Assembly: GCA_963708075.1 (NCBI GenBank)
Contig: OY970194.1
Location: 4,704,001 to 4,768,000 of the forward strand
DNA length: 64,000 nt
Reading direction: 5' to 3'
From: Sedimentisphaerales bacterium
Lineage (GTDB): Bacteria; Planctomycetota; Phycisphaerae; Sedimentisphaerales; Anaerobacaceae
Numbering within the stretch: the first letter of the stretch is position 1; every line of letters starts with the position of its first letter. This document shows, in pieces, positions 37,742-48,460 of this stretch. The position numbers and the translations under genes are program-made. The notes under the pieces were generated by a model. It saw only the letters and a list, made by a program, of their open reading frames with translations, ran no database searches and was not told where the DNA came from.

Positions 37742-38905
37742 ATGAGAAAAGTCGATGTATTGCTGCTGACAAAGGACAAAGGAACGGCCACGGCGACGCA
37801 GTCGGCCCTGGGCGCCGGTGCGCTCGGCGCATCGACGAGCGTCTGTGAAGACATCATCGAGCTGCGGAGCCAACTGTCGAAGCCGCCAGGCAAAGTGCCG
37901 TTTGACATCGCGGTCGTCGATATCGACGCCAACCCCGAGCACGTCCTGTTCGAGCTTGGCAAGGTGGTCACCGGCAATCCGCAGACGCGGTTCGTCGTGC
38001 TGTCCAGGAACTTCGATGAGAAGCTCGTGCTCCAGGCCATGCAGGTGGGGGCTAGGCACTTCCTGAGGAAGAGCTCCATCGAGTCGGAGCTGGACAAAGT
38101 CATCGAGAGCCTGATCGTCCAGGAAGATCGGCCCTCCACACACCTGGCCGATGTCATCTCCGTGCTCTCGTGCAGCGGCGGCAGCGGCGCGACCACCGTG
38201 GCGGTGAACCTGGCTACCGAACTGCAGATCGCCACGTCGAAATCGGTGCTGGTTGCCGATCTGGACCCTCACTATGGCTCGGTGGCCTCCTATCTCGGCA
38301 TAAAAGGCAACTACGGCATCGCGCACATCCTGAACCGGGAGGGGCCGATCGACAGGCACGTGATCGAGTCCACCATGCTCACGTACATGGAGGGTTTCGA
38401 CGTGCTGCTGAGTCCCGCCTCGGCCGAGGCGGACAAGGGGCAGCCGATGAATTACGACAACCTGCCCAAGGCCCTGGCGGCCTGCAGGGAATCCTACCGC
38501 TACGTCGTTCTGGATGCGCCGCGTCTGCCCGCCCAGACGGTCGCCGACCTGGCGTCCGTGAGCCGGGTGGCCGTGATCGTGTTTCAGTTGACCGTGCGGG
38601 ACGTGACTTTTGCCGGCTCCCTGATCAAGTCCCTGATGGAGAACGGCATGGCGAAAGAGCAGATTGTGCCGCTGGCCAACCGGGTCAGGCGCCGCGGTCC
38701 GCTGCTCAGACTCGCCGACAGTGAACGAGCCATCGGGTCCAGTTCCCTGATGAGCATCCGCAGCGACTGGGTCAAGGCCATGAAGAGCATCAATCATGGG
38801 CAGCCGCTGGCCAAGATGGCGCGGCGGTCCCGGCTGCGACGCGATTTTCGCAAGCTGGCGGACAGGGTCCAGCAACTGACGGCCAATGGCGACTCACAAG
38901 GTTAA
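37742..38905 (+). CDS. cpaE: CpaE/TadZ (atypical receiver plus MinD-like domain)
   Basis: Receiver-like N-terminus, degenerate Walker A SCSGGSGATT, VADLD, VVLDAP. Confidence 0.85.
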   Translation: MRKVDVLLLTKDKGTATATQSALGAGALGASTSVCEDIIELRSQLSKPPGKVPFDIAVVDIDANPEHVLFELGKVVTGNPQTRFVVLSRNFDEKLVLQAMQVGARHFLRKSSIESELDKVIESLIVQEDRPSTHLADVISVLSCSGGSGATTVAVNLATELQIATSKSVLVADLDPHYGSVASYLGIKGNYGIAHILNREGPIDRHVIESTMLTYMEGFDVLLSPASAEADKGQPMNYDNLPKALAACRESYRYVVLDAPRLPAQTVADLASVSRVAVIVFQLTVRDVTFAGSLIKSLMENGMAKEQIVPLANRVRRRGPLLRLADSERAIGSSSLMSIRSDWVKAMKSINHGQPLAKMARRSRLRRDFRKLADRVQQLTANGDSQG

Positions 38906-38918
38906 GGAGACAGTAGGC

Positions 38919-40256
38919 ATGTTTGAAAAAGTCCCCGAACGGACGGACGGCGCCGAGGCACTGCGGATGAAAGCGCGGGTGCACCGCAAGCTTCTGCAGG
39001 TCATCGATCTCACCGAGGCGCGCCGCGTGCCTATCGAGCAGTTGCATCGCCAGTGTGCCGACCGTGTCGATATCCTTCTGCGCGATGAGAAGATTCCCCT
39101 GTCGGGCCCCGAGAAGCAGCAGCTCATCCGCGACGTGATGGATGAAGTGTTCGGATACGGCCCCCTCGACGCCTTCCTGCGGGACCCCTTCATCAGCGAT
39201 ATTCTGGTCAATGGCCCGCATAAAATCTATATCGAGAAGCAAGGAAGGCTGGAGGCGACGGACGCCGCATTCCTTGACAACGACCACCTGCTCCGCGTGA
39301 TTCGCCGCATTGCCGACAGCGTCGGCCGGAGAATCGATGAGAGCGCGCCGATGCTCGATGCGCGGCTGCCGGACGGCTCCCGCGTCAACGCGGTCATCCC
39401 CCCCCTGGCGCTCGATGGACCGGCCCTGAGTATCCGCCGCTTCGGCACCAAGCCTCTGGACATGGAGAGGCTCCTCGAGGTGGACGCCTTGCGGGAGGAG
39501 ATGGCCCACTTCATCGAAGCGTGCGTGCGATGCAAGCTGAACATCCTGATCTCGGGCGGCACCGGAACGGGAAAGACCACGCTGCTCAACGCTCTGTCCC
39601 GGTGGGTTCCGGAGGGTGAGCGTCTGGTGACCATCGAGGACGCCGCCGAGCTGCAGCTCCAGCGGGAGCACGTGGTGCGTCTGGAGACCAGACCCGCGAA
39701 CATTGAAGGCAAGGGCGCGGTGACGCAGCGCGACCTGCTCCGCAACACCCTGCGTATGCGTCCCGACCGGATCATCATCGGCGAAGTCCGCGGCAGCGAA
39801 ACGCTGGACATGTTACAGGCCATGAACACCGGCCACGAGGGCTCCATGACCACCGTCCACGCCAACAACCCAAGAGACGCGTTGCGCCGGCTCGAGAACA
39901 TGGTGAGCATGGCGGGGATCAACTACCCGATCCACGCGATCCGGGAGCAGATTGGCTCGGCGTTGAACATCATGATCCATCTGGCCCGCATGGCAGGCGG
40001 CCAGAGGAAGATCGTTCAGATCGAGGAGATCACGGGCCTGGAGGGCGACACCATCTGCCTCCACGACATCTTCCGCTTCAATCAGCAGGGAGTGGATGAC
40101 AAGGGGAACGCCTACGGTGAGTTCGAGGTCTGCGGCGTGCGCCCGCACGTCCTGGGCAAGCTCAGGGCCTTTGGCGTAGAGATGCCGCCGGACATGTTCC
40201 AGCGCCGCATCCTTCCCAAGAGGGCCCCACGCCGACCGGCCCCGGCACGCGTTTAG
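38919..40256 (+). CDS. cpaF: Tad ATPase CpaF/TadA
   Basis: [57 protein letters not shown]. Confidence 0.96.
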   Translation: MFEKVPERTDGAEALRMKARVHRKLLQVIDLTEARRVPIEQLHRQCADRVDILLRDEKIPLSGPEKQQLIRDVMDEVFGYGPLDAFLRDPFISDILVNGPHKIYIEKQGRLEATDAAFLDNDHLLRVIRRIADSVGRRIDESAPMLDARLPDGSRVNAVIPPLALDGPALSIRRFGTKPLDMERLLEVDALREEMAHFIEACVRCKLNILISGGTGTGKTTLLNALSRWVPEGERLVTIEDAAELQLQREHVVRLETRPANIEGKGAVTQRDLLRNTLRMRPDRIIIGEVRGSETLDMLQAMNTGHEGSMTTVHANNPRDALRRLENMVSMAGINYPIHAIREQIGSALNIMIHLARMAGGQRKIVQIEEITGLEGDTICLHDIFRFNQQGVDDKGNAYGEFEVCGVRPHVLGKLRAFGVEMPPDMFQRRILPKRAPRRPAPARV

Positions 40257-40367
40257 AGTGGAGGCCCGACAGCACAGGGAATTCCGGGGTTTGACCGTCT
40301 CGGTCGAATCCCGTGGGAACAATGAAACAGACGGGACAAGGTAAGTGTTACAGGGATTGAGATAGAC

Positions 40368-41345
40368 GTGATTGCACAGGACTTGATCCACACAATTCTG
40401 CTGGTGTCGCTTTTCGTGCTGGTGTTCTGCGGCTGGAGCATCTGCGTCATCCTGTGGATGGTTCAGTATGTCAGGCGTCGAAGGCAGGTCCAGAAGCGGA
40501 TCGGCCTCGGGGATCGCGACGTCGAACGCTCCCAGGTGCTGCAATTGTGGCGGGACGAGCATTGGGCCAAGCAGGAGCACGTGGAAAAAAAGCGAGAGGC
40601 CTGGGGAGAGCGTCTGGAGCGACTGCGGGCCAATGCAGGATGGAAGACTTCCGCCCAGGTCGTGCTTCTGATCGTGGTCGGAATAGCCGCCCTGGCGTTT
40701 GCGGTCGTCACCGTGCTCGGGTACGGAACGTGGCTGGGCATAACGGCCTCGCTGGTCATCCTCCTGGGGTTCAGGACCCTCACCCGAAAGCGGATCGCGA
40801 GCCGGCTCGCCCTGTTCGACAGGCAGTTCGTGGATTCCCTGCGGATCGCGGCCCGGGCCCTTCGCGCCGGCCACCCGCTGGTGGGCGCCTTTCAGTCGAT
40901 CTCTGAGGAGATCAGCGAGCCCATCGGCCCGATCTTCGGGGAGATCTGCCAGGAGCAGGCCCTGGGGCTCGATATCCAGGAATCCATGCGACGAATGGCG
41001 GATACGACGCGCAACGCCGATCTGAAACTGTTCGCCACGGCTGTGAATATCCAGATGACCACCGGCGGCAACCTGGCGGAGCTCATGGACAGTCTGGCCG
41101 CCGTGATGCGGTCGCGCATGCGGCTGAACCGCAAGGTCCGCGTCTTGACTGCCTCCACGCAATTGAACAAGCAAACGTTGATCGCAATCCCCATATTCCT
41201 GTTCGTGCTCCTGAATGTTATGTCGCCGGATTACATGGAGGTGTTCTACGTCACCTGGGCCGGCAGATTCATGCTGGTGGCGACTGGCATCAGCGTCCTG
41301 CTCGGGGCCTGGGTGATGGAGAAACTCGCAGTGTTACGGTATTAG
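40368..41345 (+). CDS. tadB: TadB inner-membrane platform protein
   Basis: ARALRAGH, TGGNLAE, T2SSF-like domain, TMs. Confidence 0.88.
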   Translation: MIAQDLIHTILLVSLFVLVFCGWSICVILWMVQYVRRRRQVQKRIGLGDRDVERSQVLQLWRDEHWAKQEHVEKKREAWGERLERLRANAGWKTSAQVVLLIVVGIAALAFAVVTVLGYGTWLGITASLVILLGFRTLTRKRIASRLALFDRQFVDSLRIAARALRAGHPLVGAFQSISEEISEPIGPIFGEICQEQALGLDIQESMRRMADTTRNADLKLFATAVNIQMTTGGNLAELMDSLAAVMRSRMRLNRKVRVLTASTQLNKQTLIAIPIFLFVLLNVMSPDYMEVFYVTWAGRFMLVATGISVLLGAWVMEKLAVLRY

Positions 41346-41360
41346 GGTCCGTGTTGTCCT

Positions 41361-42307
41361 ATGTTCACACGATTCATCGAAGATTACGTTATGAAGGTAA
41401 CCGCGTCGCAGGCGCTGCTGGCCGTCCTGGCGTTCGCCTCTGTCATATTCATCGGGGCCAGCATCATGTTCCTGCGCGAGCAGCATCAGCGGGCCGTGCG
41501 CAAGAGATTGGCGATGGCCGGTTCGCTGGACGTCCCGGTGACGAGCACCCGGGAATCCCGGTTCCTGCGATTCGTCGAGCAGATCGGCAATTTCATCTCC
41601 CACGGCCACGCCAGTACGAGTCTGTGGGAGCAGATGATCCGGGCCGGCTACATGAGCCGGGCGCACCGGCGATCTACACAGGGGTCAAGATGCTCTTTTT
41701 TGCCATCGGCCTGGCGCTCACGGCCTTTTTCGTCCTCCCCGGTGAGCAGAGCACCGTGCAGAAAACCGTGTGGATTTCCCTCGGCGGATTGATCCCGTTC
41801 TTCGTGCCCAACTTCGCCGTCCTGATTCGCGAGAGGAAACGACGGGAGGAAATCCGACAGCATCTGCCCGATGCGATCGACCTGCTGGAGATCTGCGTGT
41901 CGGCGGGAATCGGGTTGGACATGGCCTGGAACCTGGTGGCTGACGAAATCCGCCATGTCAGTTCCGTGCTGGGCAGCGCCATGGACCTGAGCAACTTCGA
42001 GATGCACCTGGGGGCGAGCCGGACGGAGGCCATGCGGAATATGGCGACCCGCACCGGCGCCGAACAGCTTACCTCCCTGGCCGCGATCCTCGTGCAAAGC
42101 GAGCGGTTCGGAACCAGTGTGGCCGACACCCTGCGGGAATTCGCCACGTGGATGCGGGAGGAACGCCATTTGACCGCAGAAGAACGAGCCGAGAAGATGC
42201 CCGTAAAGATGCTCTTCCCGATGGCCCTGTTCATTTTCCCTGCCATCATGGTCATTGCGATAGGACCGGCCATGATCCATATAACGCGTACACTGGCAAC
42301 ACAATAG
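41361..42307 (+). CDS. tadC: TadC platform protein (apparent frameshift at ~41660)
   Basis: N-half in ORF 41361-41792, C-half LPDAIDLL..C..AG, QSERFGTS, AEK..VKMLFP. Confidence 0.88.
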
Positions 42308-42360
42308 TCAAGAAGACCTCCGATCGTCGGAGGCCTGTGAGAGAACAAGGAGAATGTCGT

Positions 42361-42849
42361 ATGAGATTGTGCTGGACCCTGGTGGTCTGTTTGCTCTGCA
42401 GTATGCTGCTCGGCTGTGAGAAAAGCGTGACCGAGCCGGACAAGAATATCGACGCCGAACTGGTCAAGACCCTGAACAACATCGCCGTGGAGAATGCGAT
42501 CATCACGCAGCATACGATATACCCCTACCACTTTGTCACCGATGGCGACCAATTGAACGAGCTGGGACAGCGTGACCTGGCCGTGTTGGCCGGACATTTC
42601 GCCGAGAACGCGGGGACTCTGAACGTCCGGAGAGGCCAGACGCCGGCCGCCCTTTACGAGGCCCGCGTCGCCCACGTGACCGAGAGTCTCAAGCAGGCCG
42701 GGGTTGATACGGCGCGTCTGAGCGTCTCCGATGAAATGCCCGGCGGGACCGGCATCTCTTCAGAGCGGGTGGTCACCATTCTCAGACAGCCCCCTCAGGG
42801 TCTCACGATCACCACGCCCAGCCGGTCGACGGGGACATCTCGACGATGA
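42361..42849 (+). CDS. Lipoprotein in tad operon (possibly CpaD/RcpB-like)
   Basis: AAGGAG RBS, lipobox LLGC, position in the tad operon. Confidence 0.65.
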   Translation: MRLCWTLVVCLLCSMLLGCEKSVTEPDKNIDAELVKTLNNIAVENAIITQHTIYPYHFVTDGDQLNELGQRDLAVLAGHFAENAGTLNVRRGQTPAALYEARVAHVTESLKQAGVDTARLSVSDEMPGGTGISSERVVTILRQPPQGLTITTPSRSTGTSRR

Positions 42850-43532
42850 CAGGACAACATCATTCGCCTCTTCTGCATTGGTTATGCGCCCTTGCCGGCG
42901 CTGCGTGCATGGGCATGCTTCTGAGCGGCTGTTCGTCGCCGAAGCGGGCCGACTTCAAGGAAGGGAACCGGTTCGGCCAGTCATCGGAGGCCTTCGAGGC
43001 CCAGCGGGACCTGCCGCCGAGCACCACGACGCTGTACACGATGGCGGATGCTCTCGCCGCCCAGGGCAAGGACCGTGACGCCGAATTCACGCTCAAGAGG
43101 TGTATCCAGCAGGAACCGAAATTCACACCGGCTCACAACAAGCTGGCGGAGCTGCTGATGCGGCAAGGCCGGGTCCACGAGGCTACCAGCGTGCTGTCCC
43201 AGGCGCTGCGCATCAATAGCGCCGACCCGATCCTGTTGAACAACCTGGGCATGTGCTGGCTCGTGCAACGGGATTATGACCGGGCCATGGAATGCTTCAT
43301 CAAAGCGGCCGGCCGGGTCCCTGAGAGTGCGAAGTTTCGCGCCAATCTGGCCACGGCGCTGGCACTGCTAGGCCGCTATGAGGAGTCAGGAGCCCTGCTC
43401 CAACAGGTCCTGCCCGACGAGCAAGCGAAGCACAATGCGGAGGTCTTGCGCAAAGCCCATGAAAAGACAATGGGCAGAAGACCGACCAGCATCCAGGATC
43501 GATGGCCCCACGCAGCTCTTCTGCCGGGGTAA
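42846..43532 (+). CDS. TPR lipoprotein, TadD-like pilotin
   Basis: Lipobox LSGC, TPR repeats (NNLG, ANLA.ALALLGR). Confidence 0.78.
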   Translation: MTGQHHSPLLHWLCALAGAACMGMLLSGCSSPKRADFKEGNRFGQSSEAFEAQRDLPPSTTTLYTMADALAAQGKDRDAEFTLKRCIQQEPKFTPAHNKLAELLMRQGRVHEATSVLSQALRINSADPILLNNLGMCWLVQRDYDRAMECFIKAAGRVPESAKFRANLATALALLGRYEESGALLQQVLPDEQAKHNAEVLRKAHEKTMGRRPTSIQDRWPHAALLPG

Positions 43533-43657
43533 ATCGAAGGAGTCATCCAGGCAATCTCATTCCTGCTGTGCGGTGTGCTCGTTCAGACCCGGGGCCACAC
43601 AATGCTGGGTATCTGAGCCCATACGCCCTGAGCGAAGGACAGGCAAAGGAGTCGCCT

Positions 43658-44422
43658 ATGTCGAGAGCATCTTGGAAGATGCCGGCTGGCAAGGAGTCGC
43701 GGTGGGAGGTGGGAGATATGGCAATCCTGCCGGAGATGTTGGCACATGGCCGCATGAGACAGCGGATCGTGGCCATCAGCCGCACTCGGGCAAGTCGCAG
43801 GCGCATTGCCAGGGACAAATACCTCCGCAGCCTCGTGCACAGCGGTGCAATCACGTCAAACGATCTGGACAGCGCCATCGACGCTTGCGGCAACGCCCTT
43901 TCGGAATTCACATGGTTGACTAAGGTGGATGATGCGGTGCTCGGGCGGGCCGACCGTGTGTTCCTGGTCAGAAACGGCCGATTCCCTGTGGACAATAGCG
44001 ATTTCCGGCTGAATGGAGATTATTACAGGATCTGCCGCAGCCTTCAGTTCGATCCGCATTATTACGATTCGCAGTTGGAGCAGTTGCCGCAGGCCCTGGA
44101 GGCCCAGCGAACGGCCTCCCAGGTGGGCGATCCCGATCTTTGCATTCGCCCCGGTACTCCTGAGGCGGCCTTCACCTCACTATCGACCCTTGACGCGGCC
44201 CACATGAAGCCGTCGGCGACTGCACGCGTGGCCGTAAAGCGTGGGAACGCTTGGGCGTTTGTCGGGGTTCTGGCCATTGGCCTTGTAACCGCTCCGATTC
44301 TCGTAACGATCCTCCTGCGGTACTTCCCGCAAGGTACGATGACTGCGGCCCTGTCGATTGGCGGCGCCTGGCTCGCTCTGCTGGTGGGCGCTCTGGCCCT
44401 GACCCTGCCGCGACGAGGGTGA
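43658..44422 (+). CDS. Hypothetical protein with two C-terminal TM helices
   Basis: AAGGAG RBS before ATG 43658; hydrophobic C-terminus. Confidence 0.6.
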   Translation: MSRASWKMPAGKESRWEVGDMAILPEMLAHGRMRQRIVAISRTRASRRRIARDKYLRSLVHSGAITSNDLDSAIDACGNALSEFTWLTKVDDAVLGRADRVFLVRNGRFPVDNSDFRLNGDYYRICRSLQFDPHYYDSQLEQLPQALEAQRTASQVGDPDLCIRPGTPEAAFTSLSTLDAAHMKPSATARVAVKRGNAWAFVGVLAIGLVTAPILVTILLRYFPQGTMTAALSIGGAWLALLVGALALTLPRRG

Positions 44423-44424
44423 GC

Positions 44425-44976
44425 CTACCTGCCGGCGGCCGAGAAGCTGGCTTCGATCTCCGCGTACATGTCCCATTCGGCCGGCATCCAGGAAGCGATC
44501 GTGCCGCGGCCGGTGATTCCCCTGAAGCGGCCGGTGCCCGCCACGAATGTGATCGTGCCGGTCTGCTTGCCGTGCTGGTCGCCCGACACGTCCACTTTGG
44601 CCAGGATGCTCGAACCGTCAGGGAAATCGTACATGGCGAATCCCTGGTAGAACGCCTTGCCTTCCGGGGAATTCGTATGGACCATTGAACTCGACAGTTG
44701 TGCGAATCCTCCGTCGCCGAGAACAATGTACCCAGCGCGATCGATCGCATGGAGCCCGGCCATCTTGCCGCCGAGCTGGCTGGTCCGCTTACTGGATGAG
44801 AACTCGCGCCAGCGAGTGACCTCCATGGCCGTTTGTGCGGGGCTGAAGCGGGTCGTAAAACTCAAGGCCACCAGGATGCCCGCGCCCATGAGCATGCCAA
44901 GGCGTTTCGCGCCGGCCGCGTGATATTGACCGCTGCTATTCATGCCGGCATTCGTTCTATCATCGCTTGCCATCAT
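44425..44976 (-). CDS. Secreted hypothetical protein, possibly dirigent/allene-oxide-cyclase-like beta barrel
   Basis: Signal-like segment; GTITFVAGTGRFRGITGRG motif. Confidence 0.6.
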   Translation of the reverse strand: MMASDDRTNAGMNSSGQYHAAGAKRLGMLMGAGILVALSFTTRFSPAQTAMEVTRWREFSSSKRTSQLGGKMAGLHAIDRAGYIVLGDGGFAQLSSSMVHTNSPEGKAFYQGFAMYDFPDGSSILAKVDVSGDQHGKQTGTITFVAGTGRFRGITGRGTIASWMPAEWDMYAEIEASFSAAGR

Positions 44977-45148
44977 AGCCTGTCATCTCCACGCAACAGC
45001 CCTCTCGGCCCGATCCCTGCGAGTGCAGACGAAGTTCCGGCCGCGACGATTTATCGGCAATTCACCGTCCCGGCATAACTACAACCTCTGCGCAGGGACA
45101 TCTTGGTCCGAGAATACAGGCTTGCGCGGGAACAGGCAGGATGCTTGT

Positions 45149-45439
45149 TCACTTCGGCTCAAAGGTCAGGCAATCCGGCTCGCCCTGCTGGTATCCAATC
45201 AGGATGCTGTCGGCGATACATTCGAGATTCTCATTGTATTCGCAGACGCTTACCTTGCAGGCGCCGACATTGCCCGTAGCCGCTCGATCACCGCATTGAC
45301 CGGGTGCCTGCCCCGCGTAGGTATCACATATCGGATGTGTGGCGGCATCGCCTACCTGAATCGCAAGAGCATGGCATTGCTCGTCCATGTTGTAGCAGCA
45401 ATCCGTGACCTGACAACCTTTTACCGGCGGCATTTCCAT
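45149..45439 (-). CDS. Cys-rich DUF1540-like protein (two repeats)
   Basis: CQVTDCCYN...CHALAIQV...CDTY and CKVSVCEYN...CIADSILI...CLTF; AAAGG RBS. Confidence 0.8.
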   Translation of the reverse strand: MEMPPVKGCQVTDCCYNMDEQCHALAIQVGDAATHPICDTYAGQAPGQCGDRAATGNVGACKVSVCEYNENLECIADSILIGYQQGEPDCLTFEPK

Positions 45440-45608
45440 AGTCGTCCCTTTCCTTTGCCTGTAGCCATGATGCAGGTCCACTCACATCCTGCCAACATAG
45501 CAGTCCATCCGCTAGGACCGTGTAGGGAACTGCCCCAATATGCTTTGATGGATTGCCTAATCGGGGTACATCGGGGGAAGACCGGTTCGGAAGGCTCGCT
45601 CGTGGGAC

Positions 45609-45860
45609 TCACGCGGCCGCTGCCGGGGTGTGCCGTCGCGGGGAAGAAAATCGGTCGGCGTCGTGGAAGTGTTCAGCAGGACCTGTTTCTTGGCCGTTGG
45701 ACTCCTGGTGGCTAGTGTGCCCGTGGTGCGCGTGGTGCGCGTGTTCGCCATGGGGCATGAAGAAATGAAGGTGGCCAGTGGTGAAACGTATCGAGCCAAA
45801 CGCCACGACGCCGACACCGATTATTGCGCTTCCTTCGTTCGTTGAAAGGCCTTTCCGCAT
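45609..45860 (-). CDS. Possible small His-rich membrane protein
   Basis: Hydrophobic stretch followed by HLHFFMPHGEHAHHAHHGHTSH. Confidence 0.4.
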   Translation of the reverse strand: MRKGLSTNEGSAIIGVGVVAFGSIRFTTGHLHFFMPHGEHAHHAHHGHTSHQESNGQETGPAEHFHDADRFSSPRRHTPAAAA

Positions 45861-46210
45861 GGCCGTTCTTTCATCGTTCCGGATTATGAAACCGGGGGGA
45901 TGCATGTCGATGGCTTCGACAAGCACCGGCCGTTTCTCAACAGTTGTATGGCTTGTGACAGGCAAACTGCTCCACTCCTTTGCTGAGCATTCGGGATACA
46001 GGATCATCTTTGACGATCCGAACCCTTCACATCCATGCCACGCTGTTCAGAAGACCGCAAATCCGCAGGCACAGCAATAAGCCAATTCCTTAATTCGATA
46101 TGCTCCGAATGCTTAAAAATGAGCGCAACTTGAACTTGTGATGGATGAATTGCGTCCCAAATCAGTCGAAAAGGCAGACTTTCCGGACATGGACGGACCT
46201 GTCGAACACC

Positions 46211-46792
46211 TCATTGATTTAGCTCACCGGAGGGGCGGTTCCGTTCCGCATCATCACCGCCTGCGGGTTGCCCGTGTGCCCTATACTGCTCCGGCGTCAC
46301 TTCGGGCAGCGATTTCACAAAGGCTGCCAGATTCCAGACCTCGCTCTCGGAATGAGAGGGCCCCGCGGCGGGCATACCCGTCATTTTGATGCCGTTGTTG
46401 ATGATCCAGAAGACCTCCGCCGGCGTCCAGTCATTGGCCGTGCTGGTCAAATCCGGAGGATAGGGCTGCAGACCCTGCCCCATCCATTCGGACTCCACGC
46501 CCGGGGCTCCATGACAGGGCACGCACATGCGGCTGTAGTGGTCCTGGCCGGCTTGGACGTCCAGGTTGTTGTAGTCAGCCGGGACGATCACATCGCGGGC
46601 ATGCACCTTCACCGAGTTTTCCATGGTGGTATTGAGCGCCCAGGCAACGACAGGCCAGTCCGGCGTTGTCGCCGCCACACTGATCGCACCTGAAAACATG
46701 ATCGCAACACCGAGGATGACGGCAATACAGGCGATCACGAGCACGGTCACAATGATAGTGAGAATGGTCCTACTACCTCTGCTTCGCTTCAT
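46211..46792 (-). CDS. Membrane-anchored monoheme cytochrome c
   Basis: N-terminal TM, CVPCH, PYPPDL, NGIKMTGMP. Confidence 0.88.
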   Translation of the reverse strand: MKRSRGSRTILTIIVTVLVIACIAVILGVAIMFSGAISVAATTPDWPVVAWALNTTMENSVKVHARDVIVPADYNNLDVQAGQDHYSRMCVPCHGAPGVESEWMGQGLQPYPPDLTSTANDWTPAEVFWIINNGIKMTGMPAAGPSHSESEVWNLAAFVKSLPEVTPEQYRAHGQPAGGDDAERNRPSGELNQ

Positions 46793-46946
46793 AGTCGCCG
46801 CCCTTTCATTTCAGCGGAAGCATCGGCTCTCCCGCTGATCATACAACGTCAGCATAGCAGGGACGGCAGATTTCCTGGATAAGGGAATGTCCCAAATTGG
46901 CTCAACAGACTCCTGATGTCGGCATGAACGACCGGCTGCTGGTGAC

Positions 46947-48449
46947 TCACAGTTGCTCGTGCAGGTGCTTCAAAGTGGGATATAACCGGGTGTAGGTTTC
47001 GAATCGCTTCTCATAGGTTGCGGCGCTCTGCTCGTCGGGGGTGATCCGGCGACTCGAATGAACGGTCCGGCTGACTGCTGTCTCTATGTCGGGGTAAATG
47101 CCACAGGCCACCCCGGCAAGCAGCGCGGCACCAAGGCAGGCCGCCTCGGTTACCTGAGGCACGCGAAGCGGGATCCGACAGATATCGGCCTTGAGCTGCA
47201 TCCACAGCGGGCTGCGAGCACCGCCGCCGACGGCACGTAACTCATGGATGGAAATGCCCGACTGACGCAGCAAATCGAGGTTGATCCTCAACTCAAAGAC
47301 AAGGCCCTCCAGGATTGCCTTGGCCAGCGAGGCCCGGTCGGTGGCAAAGGTCAGGCCGAGGATCGCCCCTTTCGAAGAGGTGTCGAGCGTGGGCGTTCCG
47401 CTTCCGGAGAAGTGAGGCAGGACCATGAGGCTGGTCGGCCCACTCGGGGCACCTGCCAGTATGAGGTCGTAGGCGTCCTTGCCGGCCTGGCGGGCCTGCT
47501 CGAGTTCCGACTTACAGCAGGTGTCGCGGAACCAGCGAAGGAGCAGGCCGCCGCTGTGGTTGAGCGTCATGGCCAGATACAGGCCGGGGACGACGTGCCG
47601 GTACACGGAGATGCCGCCGTCACGCAATCTGTCCGCCAGGATGGGACGTCGCATGGCGACTTCCACGACCTCGGCCGTGCCCGTGGACACCATGGCCAAG
47701 CCTTCGGAAATGATCCCGCTGCCCAATGCCGCACAAGCCTGATCGTGCCCGCCGGCAGCCAGAGGCAATTCCTCTTTCAAGCCAAGCTCAGCCGCCAAGT
47801 CCCTGCGGAGAACGCCGATCGTGCCTTGTTCCGCCAACCGGGCCAACCGGCCAGGATCGATCCGGCATTTATCAAGGATATCGCTCGCCCAGGCGCCGGC
47901 GGCCAAATCGTACATCTGCGTCCGCGAGGCCAGGCAATGGCTGATCGTCGCCTGCCCGCTGAGTCGGCGGAGAAAGAAATCCTCATACAGCAGGAATTGG
48001 TGCGCCCGGCTCCAAAGCTGCGGCTCATGCTTCTGGAGCCAGAGGAGCTTAGGCAGCGTGTTGATCGTATGGACGGGCATGCCGGTATGCGCGAAGAGCA
48101 TGTCCGCCCCGAATTGCTCCGTGAGCCACCTGTTCTCATCGCCGGTGCGGGTGTCCATGCCGAGGATGGCATGGCGAAGCGCATGGCCGGCATGGTCAAC
48201 GGGGATCACCGCCTCACCCTGTACGGATAGCGCCATCGCCCGTGGCGGCTGGCCGGGATTCTTGGAGACGGCCTCCTTCAGGGCCCCCCAGGCAAGATTC
48301 CACACATGCTCGGCATCCTGCTCCGCCCAGTTCGGCCGGGGTGTCAGGATGGGGTACTCCCTGGCTGCCTGAGATAGAATCCGACCCTCCTCGTCGAAGA
48401 GGATGGCCTTGCAGCCCGTGGTCCCTATGTCCAAGCCGATCAGTGACAT
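46947..48449 (-). CDS. FGGY-family carbohydrate kinase
   Basis: [29 protein letters not shown]. Confidence 0.93.
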   Translation of the reverse strand: MSLIGLDIGTTGCKAILFDEEGRILSQAAREYPILTPRPNWAEQDAEHVWNLAWGALKEAVSKNPGQPPRAMALSVQGEAVIPVDHAGHALRHAILGMDTRTGDENRWLTEQFGADMLFAHTGMPVHTINTLPKLLWLQKHEPQLWSRAHQFLLYEDFFLRRLSGQATISHCLASRTQMYDLAAGAWASDILDKCRIDPGRLARLAEQGTIGVLRRDLAAELGLKEELPLAAGGHDQACAALGSGIISEGLAMVSTGTAEVVEVAMRRPILADRLRDGGISVYRHVVPGLYLAMTLNHSGGLLLRWFRDTCCKSELEQARQAGKDAYDLILAGAPSGPTSLMVLPHFSGSGTPTLDTSSKGAILGLTFATDRASLAKAILEGLVFELRINLDLLRQSGISIHELRAVGGGARSPLWMQLKADICRIPLRVPQVTEAACLGAALLAGVACGIYPDIETAVSRTVHSSRRITPDEQSAATYEKRFETYTRLYPTLKHLHEQL

Positions 48450-48460
48450 GCGTTCTTCAG

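Noticed and set aside
35981..38875. 964-aa antisense ORF, and similar long shadow ORFs such as 27221-29479, 48242-49879 and 55979-57727
   Set aside because: They lie opposite well-supported genes; long stop-free antisense frames are expected in high-GC coding DNA and show no recognisable motifs.
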